NCBI RefSeq assembly: GCF_009914755.1 | Contig: NC_060938.1 | Length of the DNA: 64,000 nt | Reading direction: 5' to 3' (one strand) | DNA from: the human T2T-CHM13v2.0 reference genome, Homo sapiens | Shown: in pieces, positions 1 to 14,819 of the stretch | Layout: each line of letters starts with the position of its first letter | How positions within the stretch are numbered: the first letter of the stretch is position 1 | Made by a program: the position numbers and the translations under genes | Notes under the pieces: generated by a model | Databases searched by the model: none | What the model saw: only the letters and a program-made list of their open reading frames with translations | What the model was told of the DNA's origin: nothing

Positions 1-1700
1 TGGTTTAAAAGTGCATAAATTTCCATGTGGAAGGGCATTTTTGTTTCTCTGTTGTGTTGTTGATTTCTAATTTTATTGCCTTATGGTCTGAGGATACTAT
101 TTACATTATTTCTATTCTGTAGCACATTGAGGTTTTTGCTGTGTCATAAGATTTAGTCAGTTTTTGTGAATACCACATATGTACTTAAAAAGAAGTTGTA
201 ATCTCTATTATTATTGATACAATAATATGAGTTTGATGTATATCTATAAGATCTACCTTGTAATGTTGTTTAGGTCTTTTATACCTTTTATTAATTTTTA
301 GTCCACTTGATCTTGGATTGTGAGAGGTATGTTAAAGTCTCCTATTATTAGTGTGTTTCTGTCTATTTCTTCTTGCATCTTCTGTAGGTTGCTGCTTAAT
401 CGAAGTTATTACTGTGTTACTGGGTGCATAAATACTAATAACTAATATCTTCATTGTGAATTGTAGCCTTAAACATTATAAAGGGCACTTCTTTATCTAT
501 TTTAATGCTTTCTGGTCTGAATTCCACCTTGTCAGATATTAAGATTATGACCCCGTTTTCTTTTTATTTGTGTTTGCCTGATATATCTTTTGCCATCCTT
601 TTATTTTTAACTCTTTTGAATCTCTTTGTTTTAGATGTGTCTCTTGTATTCTGCATAGTGTTGGATTTTGCTTTGTTAGCCAATCTGAAAATCCTTTTCT
701 TTTAATAGGTGAGTTAAGCCCTTTTACATCTATTGATATGATTAATATGTTTGGCCTCAGTTCTATCATATTATTTTATTTTTATGTATTTTATATCTAA
801 ACTCTTTCATTATGCAGTGGGTTTTATTTGCTCATTTTTTTCTTTTGGTTAACTTTATACTAAGACTTCTATATAATACTGCTAGTCCTCTTGTTTTTGG
901 ACTAACTAGTTCCCTACATTGAATAATATTGCAATTAGCTTCTAACCTCTTCTCTCTACCCTCCTTCTAACCCAGTATCTGATATACAATAGTGTCATTT
1001 TGTTTACAATTAATACCCATTAGACAATCATATCCATATGCCCTCCATGCCTCCTGATTTTTGATAATTGTATTTTAGCTGCTATATTTTCTTTCTTATA
1101 ATCATGGTTTAGCTTTGTTTCTCAGATAAATTTATATTTAATACTCATCACTCATTCTTATACTGCTGTCTTTCAGTCTTTTTGGTTGTCTTAATCGCCA
1201 TTTCTAATAGATCCTTTAGGAAGGGCTTACAGAATCAATTATTGCCTGAGTTTTGGCAAGTTTATAATAGTTTGCAACTTTGTACTTGGAGGTCAGCTTG
1301 GGTGGACATAAAATCTTTGACTTATATTTCGCCAACTTGAGTATTTTAAATTTGTCACATCATTTTTTTTGGCATTAAGGATTGGTGAAAAGTCCAGTGA
1401 CAATCTTGTTTTCTTAGTGGCTTAGTCTTTTTTTTTAATCTCCTTTTAAGTAGCCTTAACTATAATATGATTCATTGTTGGGTCATGCTGAAATGATTGC
1501 AGTATGTCCTTTCAATAAGTTCAAGATGTTTTTTTAATTTTAGGAAATACAGTTTCTGGAGATACAGTTTTAATACTTGTTTTGTTCCATTGTTTGGCAT
1601 TTTCTCTTGAGATCCCTATCGTACACATGTTGGGTGTTTTTTGCTTATCTTCTGTAGGATCATTTTCTACTGTACGTTTTAAAAATCTCTTCCTTTATTT
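1..1700 (-). mobile_element. Old LINE-1 (L1M) fragment including decayed ORF2 endonuclease N-terminus
   Basis: ORF 545..769(-) IISIDVKGLNSPIKRK...QNPTLCRIQETHLK...KIKGWQKIYQAN matches the L1 ORF2 APE-type endonuclease start. T-rich antisense L1 composition; right boundary approximate. Confidence 0.85.
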
Positions 1701-2110
1701 CTTTTAGAGTTTTTTTAGAATTACCCACACAATATACCTTTATTAGTCTACATGTGAACTAGCTTATTCTTGGTGATTCTGCATGTATATAGAACTATGT
1801 ATTTATTTAGGCCTTATTTTGAAATGTTAAATATAAAGTTGATAACATTCAGTTGAATATTATCTTATTTTGCATAAATTCAACTTATTCATTATAAGTA
1901 CAAGCATTTGACTACTATCGCCATGTCTTCTAATGTAGACACGCCCAAATACATACATATTAAGATACGTCATTTTATCCTCTTTTTGTTTACGTGGAAA
2001 TAGTGACAAATAATAAAATTCACCAATTTGCAAAGCACAGATTGATGAATTTTGCTAAGAATATACAGTCATGTAACCACTACCACAATAAAGATAAAGA
2101 CCCATATCCT

Positions 2111-2527
2111 GGCCGGACATGGTGCCTTATGCCTGTAATCTCAGCACTTTGGGAGGCCAAAGTGGGCGGATCACTTTAGGTCAGGAGTTTGAAACCAGCC
2201 TGGCCAACATGGCAAAACCCTATATCTACTAAAAGTACAAAAATTAGCAGGGCATAGTGGTGCATGCCTGTAATCCCAGCACTTTAGGAGGCTGAGGTGG
2301 GCATATCACTTTAGGTCAGGAGTCTGAGACCAGCCTGGCCAACATGGCAAAACCCTATCTCTACTAAAAATATAAAAATTAGCCAGGCGTGGTAGTGCAT
2401 GCCTGTAGTCCCAGCTACTCAGGAGGTTGAGGCAGGAGAATCGCTTGAGCCTAGGAAGCCGAGGTTGCAGGAAGCTGAGATTGCGCCACTGCACTCCAGC
2501 CTGGGCAACAGAGAGGGAGTCAGTCTC

Positions 2528-2560
<33 letters not shown>
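2111..2560 (+). mobile_element. AluS with duplicated left monomer (trimeric), (AAAT)n tail
   Basis: Left-left-right monomer structure; imperfect TSD aaagacccatatcct (2096-2110) / aaatacccttatcct (2561-2575). Confidence 0.92.
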
Positions 2561-2562
<2 letters not shown>

Positions 2563-2583
2563 ATACCCTTATCCTTATCTTAG

Positions 2584-3030
<447 letters not shown>

Positions 3031-5675
3031 TTCTGTCTAACTTCTTTTATTTATCATAATGTTTTGGAGAGTCACTCATGTTGTTGGGTTAATTAATATT
3101 TTGTTTGTTTTTATTGCTCTATATAGTCCATGGCATGTGTATATTACAATTTGTTTATCCATTCACCAGTTGATAGAAATTTGGGTTGTTTTCAGTTTTG
3201 GGCCATTATGAATATTTGCATACCTGGTTTCATGTGGACATATGTTTTTATTTCTCTAGGTTGAATACCTAGGAATGGAATTGCTTGGTAGTATGGTTAA
3301 TGAATGTTTACCGTTATAAGGTATTTCTATACTATTTTGCAAAGTGGCTGTAAGGTTTTATGTTCCCACCAGCAATGTAGGAGAGAGTTTCAGTTGATCT
3401 GCATCTTCATCAACACTTGGTATTCACAGTCTATTTAACTTTAGTCTTTCTAGTTGGTGTGCAGTGGTATCTTGTGGTTTTAATTAGCATTTCTCTGAGG
3501 ATTAGTGATGTTGAACATCTTTTTATGTGCCAATTGACTATTTGTATATCTTCTTTTGGGAAATTTCTGTTCCAATCTTTGGTCTATTTTTATTGGTTTT
3601 TTTGATCTTTTGATTGAGTCTTAAGGGTTCTTTATATATTCTGAATACAAGTTCATTGTTTTGAAACATTTTGCTTCCAATCTGTGGCTTACCTTTGTGT
3701 TTTCTTAACAATGACTTTCGAGAAGCAAGACTTTTAAATTATACAGCCCATTTTCAATTTTTTTTCTTTTATCATTTGAACTTTTGGTATCCTGTTTATG
3801 GAATCTTTGCCTAAACCAATGTCACAAAGATTTTCTTCAGTATTTTCTTCTAGAAGTTTAATGGTTTTATCTCTAACATTTAGGTTTATAAACATTTTTG
3901 AGTTAATTTTATGTATAATGTGAGGTAAAGTTTGAGGTTCATTATTTCCATGTACGATATCCAGTTGTTTCTTATCTCTGTTGGATTATCCTGGTACCTT
4001 TGTTGATAGTCAATCACTCATATATATGTGGGTCTATCTCTGGACTCTATTTTGTTTCTTCATCTATTCTTATGTCAATGGCATATGATCTTTAGTACTA
4101 TCAGTCTTCCAACTTTGTTCTTATTTTTCAAAACTGTTTCAACTATTTAAAGTCCTTTGCTTTCTATGTAAATTTTAAAATCAACTTGTAATTTGCTTCC
4201 AAGGAAGCTTATTTGGATTTTGGTCTATAGATCCATTTGGAGAGGATTACTTTCTTAACAATCCTTGGAATGACACATATGTAAACTTATTTATGTCTTG
4301 TTTAATTCTCTTTTGCAATATTTGGTAGTTGTCACATCTTTCATTAAATTTATTCCTAAGTATTTTTGTGAGTGGATTTGTTTTTCAAGTTTTATTTCCT
4401 AATTATTTGCTGTTAGTATAGATAAATACAATAGCTTTGCTGTGTTGGTCTTATATCCTGTACCCCTACCACACTCATGTATTTGGTGAGTAGTTTAAAA
4501 AAAGAAAAAAATATATGTATAATTGAAGGTTTTCAGTATGCACTGTTACGCCATTTGTGAATAAAGATAATTTTACATCTGCCTTTCCAATCTGTATGCC
4601 TTTTATTTCTTTTTATTGCCTACTGCACTGGCTAAGACCTTCAGAACAATGCTAAATAAAAGTGATGTGAGTGAGTGTTCTTGCCTTGTTCTTGACCTTA
4701 GGTGGAAAGCTTTGAGCCTTTCAGAATGTTAGACCAACCTTGCATTCCTTTATTCCTGAATTAAACCCTATTTGGTCGTAATGTATTCTTCTAAAAATAT
4801 TGTTGGATTCAGTTTTCTAATGTTTAGTTAGGGAGTTTTGTATCTGTGTTTTCATGAGATATACTGGTCTGTAGTTTTGTTTTCTTGTGATATTTTTGTC
4901 TGGTTTTGAAATCAGGATAAAATTGGCTTCATAAAATGAGTTGGGAAGTGTTTCCTTTTCTATAGTTTCTGAAAGGGTTTGTGTAGAATTGATAACGATT
5001 CCTTGATTTTTTGATAAATTCACCATTGAAGCCATTAGAGCCTGGAGGTTCTTTTTTTGGGGGAAGGTTTCAAATTTTAAATTCAGTTTCTTCAGTTCAT
5101 AAAGATTTCACAATTTTTGTTTGCTTTAAATTCTTCTTAAGTCAGTTATGGTTATTTGTGTCTTTTAAGGAATTTGTCCATTTTGTCCATTTGACAAATT
5201 TGTCTAGTTGCCATTTACTGGTATAAAGTTATTTGTAATAATCCCTTATAATTCTTTTTATATCTATAGAATTTGTTGCTATGTTCCTCTTTTATTTCTG
5301 ATATTGGCAATTTATGTCTCTTTTTTTCCTGACCTGTCTGGTTAGAGGTTTATACATTTTACTGATGAACCAACTTTTGGTTTCAATGATTTTCTCTATT
5401 GTTTCTCTGTTTCCTATTTTATTGATTTTTGTACATAATTATTTATACCATTTCCTTCCTTTGGTTTGTTTGGGTTTTAATTAGCTCTTCTTTTTTCTAG
5501 CTTCTGAAAGTGAAAACTATATTATTAATTTGAAATCTTTCTTCTTTTCTAATACAGGCACTTGAAAGCCGTGCATTGCTTCATAAGTCCTGCTTTAGGC
5601 GCATTCCACCAGTTTTGTATTTTCATTATTCAGTTTAAAATATTCTCTAATTTATCTTGCAATTTTTTTCTTTGA

Positions 5676-6003
<328 letters not shown>

Positions 6004-8778
6004 TAGAAGTGTGTTGTTTAATTTCCAAATATTTGGGATTTTCCTGGTTATCTTGTTTTTGATTTCTAACTTAATTCTATTTTTGTTAGAGAATATATTC
6101 TGTATGCTTTCAATCTTTTGACATTTATTAAGACTTGTTTTATGGCCTCAAATATAGTCTATACTGGTAAACATTCTATGTGCCAATTGAAAACAAAATG
6201 TATTTTTAAATTGTTGGGTAATGTGTTGAAATCTTCTACGCATTTGCGGATTTTTGTCTAATTTTTCTAATAGTTGCTGTTAAAGCATATTGCAGTCTTT
6301 AGATTATGGAATTCCTTTTCCCTTTAAATCTGTCATTTTTTGCTTCATGTGTTTGGAAGCTCTGTTACTGGGTTCATATACATTTATGATTGTTACGTTT
6401 TCCTGTTGAATACCCCTTTTATTTTTATGAAGTGTCTTTTTTATCCTTGTTAATATATTTTGCTTTGAAATGTATTTTATCTGATATTAATATTGCTACT
6501 CCAGACTACCTTCACATGCTGTTTATCTGGCTTATGTTTCCCATTCATTTCCTTTCACCCTTTAAAGTTTTCCTACTGTCTTTTTAAATATTCTTTTTTG
6601 CATTTTTAAACTACTGGTTGACTGAGCAATTATTATGTACTTCCTTAATTTTTCACAGTTAATAACGTACTACCTTATTTAAAATATAGAAATCTTGCAA
6701 CTTTATAGGCCCATATCCCTCTTTATTTTATACTTATTTTATGTAATACATCTACATATGTTATAAACCCCACAAGATAATGCTGTAACTTTAATTTTAA
6801 AATTACATGGTTAATAAAGAAATTAACAGAAAAAAGAAAGTATAGTCTTTTGCATTTACCAAGATATTTACCATTTCTGGTGCTCTTTGTTTTTTTTTTC
6901 TGAGGACTCAAGTTTCTATCTGAAATTTATTTCTCTTTAGCCTGAAAAACTTTCCTTCGCATATTTTGTAGTTTAGCTCTACTTGTGACCAAATGTTTTA
7001 GATTTCTTTTGTCTGAAAAAGTCTTTATTTTGCTTTTATTCTTGAATAATATTTTTGCTGAATACAGGATTTTGCTTCGACAGTTTTTTTTTTCCTTTGA
7101 GTACTTTAAAAATGTTATTCCCTCTGGCCTTCTTGGTTTCAGAGGTGAATTCAGCCATTACTTGTCATATATCCATAAAATTATGTAAATTATGGTTTTC
7201 TCTTACTGGTTTTAAGATCTGCTCTTTATTTTTGGCTTTCAACAGTCTGAGTGTCACGTGGGCTTCTATTGGCATGGGCCTCTGGGTGTTCATTCTGCTT
7301 TGTGTTTGTCATTTCATGTCTGAAAATTTCTGCCTGTTACCAAATCTGAGGACTCTTTGGCCATTATTTCTCAAATATTTTCTCAGCCCCGTTCTTTTTG
7401 TCCTCTCCTTTTGGTATTCCCATCACACATATGTACCTCTTACTGTTTGATACTACCTAACCCACCTCTGAGACTCGGTTCTTTTTTTTTTTTTTTTTAA
7501 ATCGTTTCTCTCCTCTGTTCTTCATGTTTGATACTTTCTATTGGTCTGTTTTCAAGTTCACTTATTCTTTCCTCTGTCATGACCATTTCTAACGGCTGTA
7601 AGTTCATTCAGTTAATTTTTATTTCTGAAATTGTTTTTCAGTTCTAGAATTTCCATCTTGTTCTTCTTGCATGATTTTTTTATTTCTGCTGAGACTTCCC
7701 ATTTCTCTGATGAGAGTTTCATGCATTGAAAACATATTTTGTTTTACTTAATTGAGGATAGTTTTAGCAATTCATTAAAATCCTTGTCTGTTAGTTCCAG
7801 CATCTATTTCCTTTCAGGATCAGAATATACTGACTTTTCTTGTGGGAATGTGTTGTATTTTCTTGGTTCTTCTTATGTTGGGTCATTTTGAGTTGTATCC
7901 TGGATATAATGAATGTTAAGTTTTGGAGACTTTGGGGTCTACTATTTCCCACCGATGAGGTGTTGTTTCCTTTGCTTTATGGGTAATTTTCCTGGCTGGG
8001 ATGGAATTGCAAACTCTGTTCTCATGCAGCAGTTCCTTACTTTGTTCAGATCTTTTGTCTTTAGCTGGGCTGATTTGGGTCTATTTTGCACTTGTGTGGT
8101 TCAGGGGTCAGTCAAAGATGTCAGAGTTTGGGGATCCAGAGTTTATGGTTTTTTCCCTTGTGGGATTCCCTCACTTGCTTCAGGAAAGTAGTTTTTGGTT
8201 TGTTCGTTTTTAGAATCTGCTCCATCACTTTCAGATCTTATCACTTGAGGAACTCCCTCCTTGCTTTGACTCCTGTTTTCAGACTGGGCCCCACAGTACC
8301 TGTTGATGACTTGAGAGTTCTGTTCTGAAGACCCAACTGCCTTCCTTTCGTGTCTTCCTGCATGGATGCTGATGCCACATGGCTGTGTGGCTATAAGCAG
8401 TCTGTCCCCATCCTTTCATATTTAGTCCACGGTGATACTTTGTCTCCTAATTTTGTTGTAGATTGTCAGTGGGTCTTTGGTTTTGTTATCCTCATTGATC
8501 TGTCTATTTTTAACAGAGGGCCCTGGGTTGACTCAAAAACTATGCTGTTGCCACTGTCCTCTTTCCAGAATCCTCCTCTTTTACCATATTTAAGCTGATT
8601 ATTTTTGAGTGCTTAAACTCTAGTCTCTGGTTTTTAGATTCGTTTCTTAAATAAATGGCTGCTGCCTTTAGAACCAGGCTTGTGGCTGTTCATCTACTCT
8701 CTGTTTCTGGGTCAAAATGAAGTCACAGAAGCTCTTTATTCTTTAATACAGAAATGATTATCAAAAGTCATAAATACA

Positions 8779-8955
8779 GGGCACAGGTGTGATGGTGCGT
8801 GCCTTTAATCCCAGCTACTTGGGAAGATGAAGCCAGAGGATCCCTTGAGGCCAGGAGTTTGAGGTTGCAGTGACCAGTGACTGCACCACTGCGCTCCAGC
8901 CTGGGCAACAGAGCAAGACCTTGTCTCTAAAAAAAAAAAAAGAAAAAGAAAAAAA
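8779..8955 (+). mobile_element. Free right Alu monomer (FRAM/AluJ right arm)
   Basis: Right-arm motifs only (cccagctacttgggaag...gaggccaggagtttgaggttgcagtga...) plus an A tail. Confidence 0.85.
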
Positions 8956-9799
8956 CCAACTTGTAAATATGGGAGCCTTCTCAACAATGACAATATGCAT
9001 ATTGTGTTTTTCTCATGCGACTGGGTTCATGCTTGCTCTTCAGTTTTTTTGAATTAAATAATTTAGTGTTTGGGTAATAACATCATCAGGGGATGAAACT
9101 GAAAAGCAAGGGAATGATAAATGAAAATGTTAGAAAGGGACTTGTATCTAGGGCGAGTGAGGGGGATTAAATCAGCGGTGGGTATAGATAAGATACAGGA
9201 AATGTTCTATCTTTTAATCTGGTGGTGGGTAAATGGGTGTACGTTATTATTACTTTTGAAAGTGTGTACATAATTGTACGCCCTCTTTCATATCATGAAG
9301 ATGTGCGAAACAGTCTCTGGGACACAATCTAAATTCAACTTCGTTGAGAGCTCCTCTTCAGGAGGTCACTGAGCAAAGTCAGAAGTGAGTCCTGGGAAAG
9401 AAGGAGTTCATCCCAGTTGAGGCTTTGCAGTGCTGTTGTGTAGGCCAGGGGACCTCTGACCAAAAATGTGGTCAGGGAGTGGGTTACTCTATGTTTTCTG
9501 CTTAAGCTCAACATGACCTGCCTCTAGCTCTTAGAAGTAGGTCAAAGCAGAAACTTTCTGTGGGGGTAAAATGAGTGTCCTTAGCTGTTTGAGGCCACTG
9601 TGGAGGAGAGTAGGAACTTTATTGGCTCAAGAACAAATATCTGGGCCACACTTGCCAAGGCATTCTGCATTGGGTTAAAAGCATGGTCTGGGGTTCTTGG
9701 TGATGGCAACTTTCAGGAATTTGTCTCTGGAACCACATTGCTCTGACCTTGACTGATTGCCCTCTATGCCTGATACACAACTGGGTGTTCTTTCTCCCA

Positions 9800-11300
9800 G
9801 GAGAAAGGATGCATCTATGAATGTCTAAATACGCCTTTATTTTTGATTTGTAGTTTGTCTGAATGTAGAATTCTACTTTGGGAACATTGTTTTTCAGGGT
9901 TTTGAAGGCATTGCTTCATCGTTATCTTGTTTCCAGTGTTGCTTTGGAGAATTTCAAAGCCATTTTGATTCTTGATCTTTCCTAAGTACTAAAAAAATTT
10001 AAAAATCTCTAGAAGTATGTAGAGTCTTTTCTTTGTCCCTAGTTTCTGACATTTCATAACAAAGTGCATTGCTATGTGTCTATTTTTACTCATTGTGGTG
10101 GGCTCTTTTAATCCGCCATTATCTAAAAAGTTCTTAACTGATTTTGTTAATGGTTTTAACTCTTTTGGTTTTGCTATTGCCTTTTTCTGAAACTCCTTAT
10201 ATCCTGATATTGGATATCCTGAATTTGTCATTTCTCTTTTATTTTGTCTTTTGCTGTATTTTGGGGAAATTTTCTCAATTGTATCTTCTAAACCTTCTAT
10301 TGATTATTCCTGGGATTATGTTTTTTATCTACAAAAACTTTTTTCTTCACTGTATGTTGTTTTTCTAACAGCACAACAGCGTTCATTTATAGGTAGAGTA
10401 TCTTATCTTTCTGATATTAATAACAGGTTTTTTTTTTTTTTAAGATAAAGTTTTCCTCTTCCTTACAGACTCTTTCTCTCCAAGTTGATTTTCTCTCCTT
10501 CTGGTCTTACAGTTAGAGGCTTTCTTTAGATGGTTGGCCTTCCTTCCCTGTCTACTCATAATTAAGGGCTAGAACTAAGAAGCTGACCTGAGCAGGTTAG
10601 AGGGCCATTTACTGGGGGCACCCCTGGTGTCACTGTCTTCAGACCTTTCCTCTTTGACTTAGTCAGATTCACAGAAGGAAGGAGAAAAAAAAAGAGGCTT
10701 CTAGTCTCCAGCCTGAAGGGTAAGGGTCTAGCTGCCAGGGGTTGGAGGGCAGGGTTTGGTTCCGCTCTGCATTAGCATTTACACTTCATATAGCCAGCAA
10801 ATCCCCTTGGTTAGGTAGATTATCCTGGCTTTCCATTCTGTTTGGTCTCTGCCATTCCGGAGACCCTCTGATGTGTCTCTCTTCCGGCAATGAACTTCAG
10901 ATATTCTGAGTTGAGGAGAGGTGCTCTCTCAGGGCATGTGAAGTGGGGGAGAAAATTTAGGGTTCTAATTGCTCTTAAACAGTTTTCAGCCAATCCCCCA
11001 CATTTTTTTTAGCACCCTCTTCTGCCCCTTACCTCCTGTTCCAAAGCTATCTGTTGCTGCCATTTCTGTGCCTTTTGAGAAGCCTGAAATGCACACTAGT
11101 TGGTTCTTGGCTTTGGAATCAGTTGGTTCTTAGCACTGCTGCTGGCCTGGGATTTGACTTTCTCTGGTCTGCCAAGTCAACTGCTACTTGTCTATTAGCT
11201 TTCAAGCTTCCAAAAATGATCTTGCTTTGTGTTTTCTTGCCTTGTCTCCTTTTCTTCTTGTCTTTGAAAAATCCTTTTACTGTAATTTGGTGACATTTTA
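9800..11300 (-). mobile_element. Very old L1 (L1ME-like) fragments
   Basis: Degenerate antisense L1 ORF1/5' motifs (gtagaattctactttgggaac, ttgaaggcattgcttcatcg, gccattttgattcttgatc); boundaries uncertain. Confidence 0.55.
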
Positions 11301-11359
11301 GTTGTGTATGTTTTAGATGATTGTCTTCACTTTGCAGTCCTGACCCAGAACCTTTCTCT

Positions 11360-11655
11360 TACTTTTCCACGCCTAGCATCTTCTCATCCTTCATGTCTTA
11401 CTTAAATATTATCTCTTCTGAAAAGTCTTCCCGGACTATCCTATGTCAAGAAGGCGTTGCCCAACCTCTTCTTTAGTCTGTATTTGAGTCTCTTGTAATA
11501 TTTTTATAGACCTTTAAAAAGTATTTACTGTCTTTTCGTTCTTTTTTCACACTTTCTTATATGCTGCATGACATCAGGGACTGTGGCTGTCTTGTGCACT
11601 GTTACATCCCCAGCAACTGGCACATAGTTAACTACAATGAACATTTACTGAATGT
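11360..11655 (+). mobile_element. L2 3' end
   Basis: cagggactgtggctgtcttgtgcactgttacatccccagca...tggcacatagt...acatttactgaatg resembles the L2 terminus. Confidence 0.75.
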
Positions 11656-11659
11656 GTGA

Positions 11660-11999
<340 letters not shown>

Positions 12000-12024
12000 G
12001 AATTTTTTAAATTGATAACAATTT

Positions 12025-12170
12025 TCTCAGTTTTCTCATCTGTAAAAAAATAAGAGCAGGGAAATGCAATAGCACCTACCTCATAGAATTGTTGTGAGGC
12101 TTAGAGAGTTGAAAGGATAAAGTGCTTAGAACAGTGCCTGGCACATGGGAAACACTATAACAATGCTATT
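12025..12170 (+). mobile_element. MIR
   Basis: ctcagttttctcatctgtaaaa...acctacctcatagaattgttgtgagg...aaagtgcttagaacagtgcctggcacat. Confidence 0.85.
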
Positions 12171-13224
12171 ATAGTTATAGTTTTAAGAGTCTTAAAAGCA
12201 GTCTTTAGAGAGTTGTACTTTTATATTTAATCGTTGTTCAATTTTGTTCAAGTTAAAGAAAATTTTGCTGTGTGATGGACTGAATTATTCTTCTGAATTC
12301 TGTAGTATGTTCTGAATCAAAGTACATCTGAATTTTGACTCCAGGTTGATCATGAATGGCAACTTGAATTTTAGCACTGTCATGGAAGAGAATTGTGCTT
12401 CCACAGGAAAGTGGATCCCAAATAATTCCCAGAGGTTTTCCACATAGCCAGACATTTAAGGACGGTGCTGGCTATGATGCATCTTCTTGTTTAGGCAATT
12501 CTGGGCTATCTGTGTCTTCTTATGGAGTAGAATTTATTTTCAGTGCAATCATTTTGTTTTGAAATTGAGCCACATTGATTGGATAGGTGGTTGATAATTC
12601 AGATATGTCTTGAGTATTGCACTTAGCTGTAGAAACTTAAAGAATGATTCATAGTTATCAGCCTTCGTATATCCCCGAAATTATTTGATTTTCACCAAAT
12701 AATTCCTCAGTTCTTCAAAAACCTATGATTTTTTAAGTAGAGAGCTCAGTGAAATTTAGTAATGAGAGATTAAATAATTTTCTAGTTTTCATTTGCTAAA
12801 TCCATATATCTGAATTTATACTTTCTTGAAAAGATCACTAATGCTCTTGTTTCTCTCCCCCACTTGCAGTTTCAAGTACAATAAGCACAGTATTCAGATA
12901 TCTTATCTCATCAATTAGAAAGTGCAAGCTCATAAGTCGCTCTTTCAGTGGGATAGGAAGTACTTAAAATTTGGCCTCAGATTCTCTGATTTCAAAATCT
13001 TGATCTGAGGAAGCTGCTTAGTAAACTTTGAAAAATAAGTCTTTATAACCTAACCCAGTTGCATCAAAATAGAATAGATTTTCATATTCTGTTTCAAATT
13101 GTTACATATCCAACATTCAACTTGAAGAAAATTCACTGCCTGTATTAATTTCTTCATCACATCATGAAATGAATCTGACTTTCAAAGTTTCTAGTACAAG
13201 TTCTCTTGACCAATAGTGCAATAG

Positions 13225-13680
<456 letters not shown>

Positions 13681-13829
13681 TAGGTCTTACTAATTCATGT
13701 ATGAAAGCTAACTAGATGATTTTATGTATGTTTGTATAGATGTGTGTATGTGTATACATAATTAGTGTGCTAAAATGTGCAGTGGGGGTCACAGCTAGTT
13801 CAAGTGTTTCTCTTTATAGTTGACATATC

Positions 13830-13975
13830 AGAAAATGGCTCTATCATTTACCTCCTATGTGATCTTGGGCAAGTTACTTAACCTCTCTCAGCCTCAGTTT
13901 TTTCGTTGGTAATGTGGAAATAATAGCAATACAACTATTATTTTTCTGTTTACCAGCATATAGTAAACATTCAGA
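13830..13975 (+). mobile_element. MIR
   Basis: gtgatcttgggcaagttacttaacctctctcagcctcagttt core. Confidence 0.8.
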
Positions 13976-14250
13976 ATTTAGAATTATTATTGTGATTATT
14001 GTGACCTTCTAGAGGTGAGGATTTTGTCTTATTTATGTTGATATATCAAAGTACCTCATTAATCAATATCTGATGAATGAATAAGAACACTGATATCTTT
14101 CCTTTCACTTTTGCTGCCTAACTTGTTGCTAATGTCTAAAATTCTCTAGACTGGACATTTTGCTTTTCACATGTTAAATGCTAAGAAATGTAATTGAATA
14201 ATGTATGTGGAATACTTTGAAAAATGTAAATGGCCATACAAATGTAATGG

Positions 14251-14294
14251 ATGATGATGATGATGATGATGTTGATGATGCTAATGATGATGAT
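14251..14294 (+). repeat. Imperfect (GAT)n trinucleotide repeat
   Basis: atgatgatgatgatgatgatgttgatgatgctaatgatgatgat. Confidence 0.9.
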
Positions 14295-14771
14295 AGTGTT
14301 GGAGTCACTTGCCAAAGAACAGGAATGTTCTTTGCTGACTTCCCCTCTCTGCTGAAAGTGCCAGGTAAAATTTGCTACCTGGAACCAAAACTGGCTGAAG
14401 ACTATGTATGTAAGTATGCAAATATTTGGAAGAGCTTAACAATGCCATTTGTGACATTTGACATCCTTTGGACTGTTCAGCCTCTCTACCTGTGTATCCT
14501 CTTCCACAACCCTTCATTTATGTCTTTTATGAGGTTTTGCTTTCAGTTAAAGAAGATGACCTTCCTCAAAAGAGAAGATCGTTCTTTGATTAAGGATTTG
14601 CAAAGAACTCTGCTTGTCTGCTACAGTTGTCAAACAGTGCATTGTTGCCTTGTTCTCTCCACATCTCCATTTCTGAATATATCTTTTTTATTTGCTGCAT
14701 TTGTCTTTTATTCTTTACAAGATAAGTCTCTGAATATAGAACTAAATTTTAGTACCACATGCAGCAATAGA

Positions 14772-14819
14772 GTGTGTGTGTGCGTGCATCTGCATGCGTG
14801 CGTGTGTCTGTGTGTGTGT
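14772..14819 (+). repeat. Imperfect (TG)n/(CG) alternating repeat
   Basis: gtgtgtgtgtgcgtgcatctgcatgcgtgcgtgtgtctgtgtgtgtgt. Confidence 0.85.

Noticed and set aside
545-769. Endonuclease-like ORF
   Set aside because: Remnant of L1 ORF2 in a heavily decayed element; not an intact protein.
10718-10755. Five G-tracts as a G-quadruplex
   Set aside because: Any four-tract combination needs an 11-nt loop; weak and common in genomic DNA.
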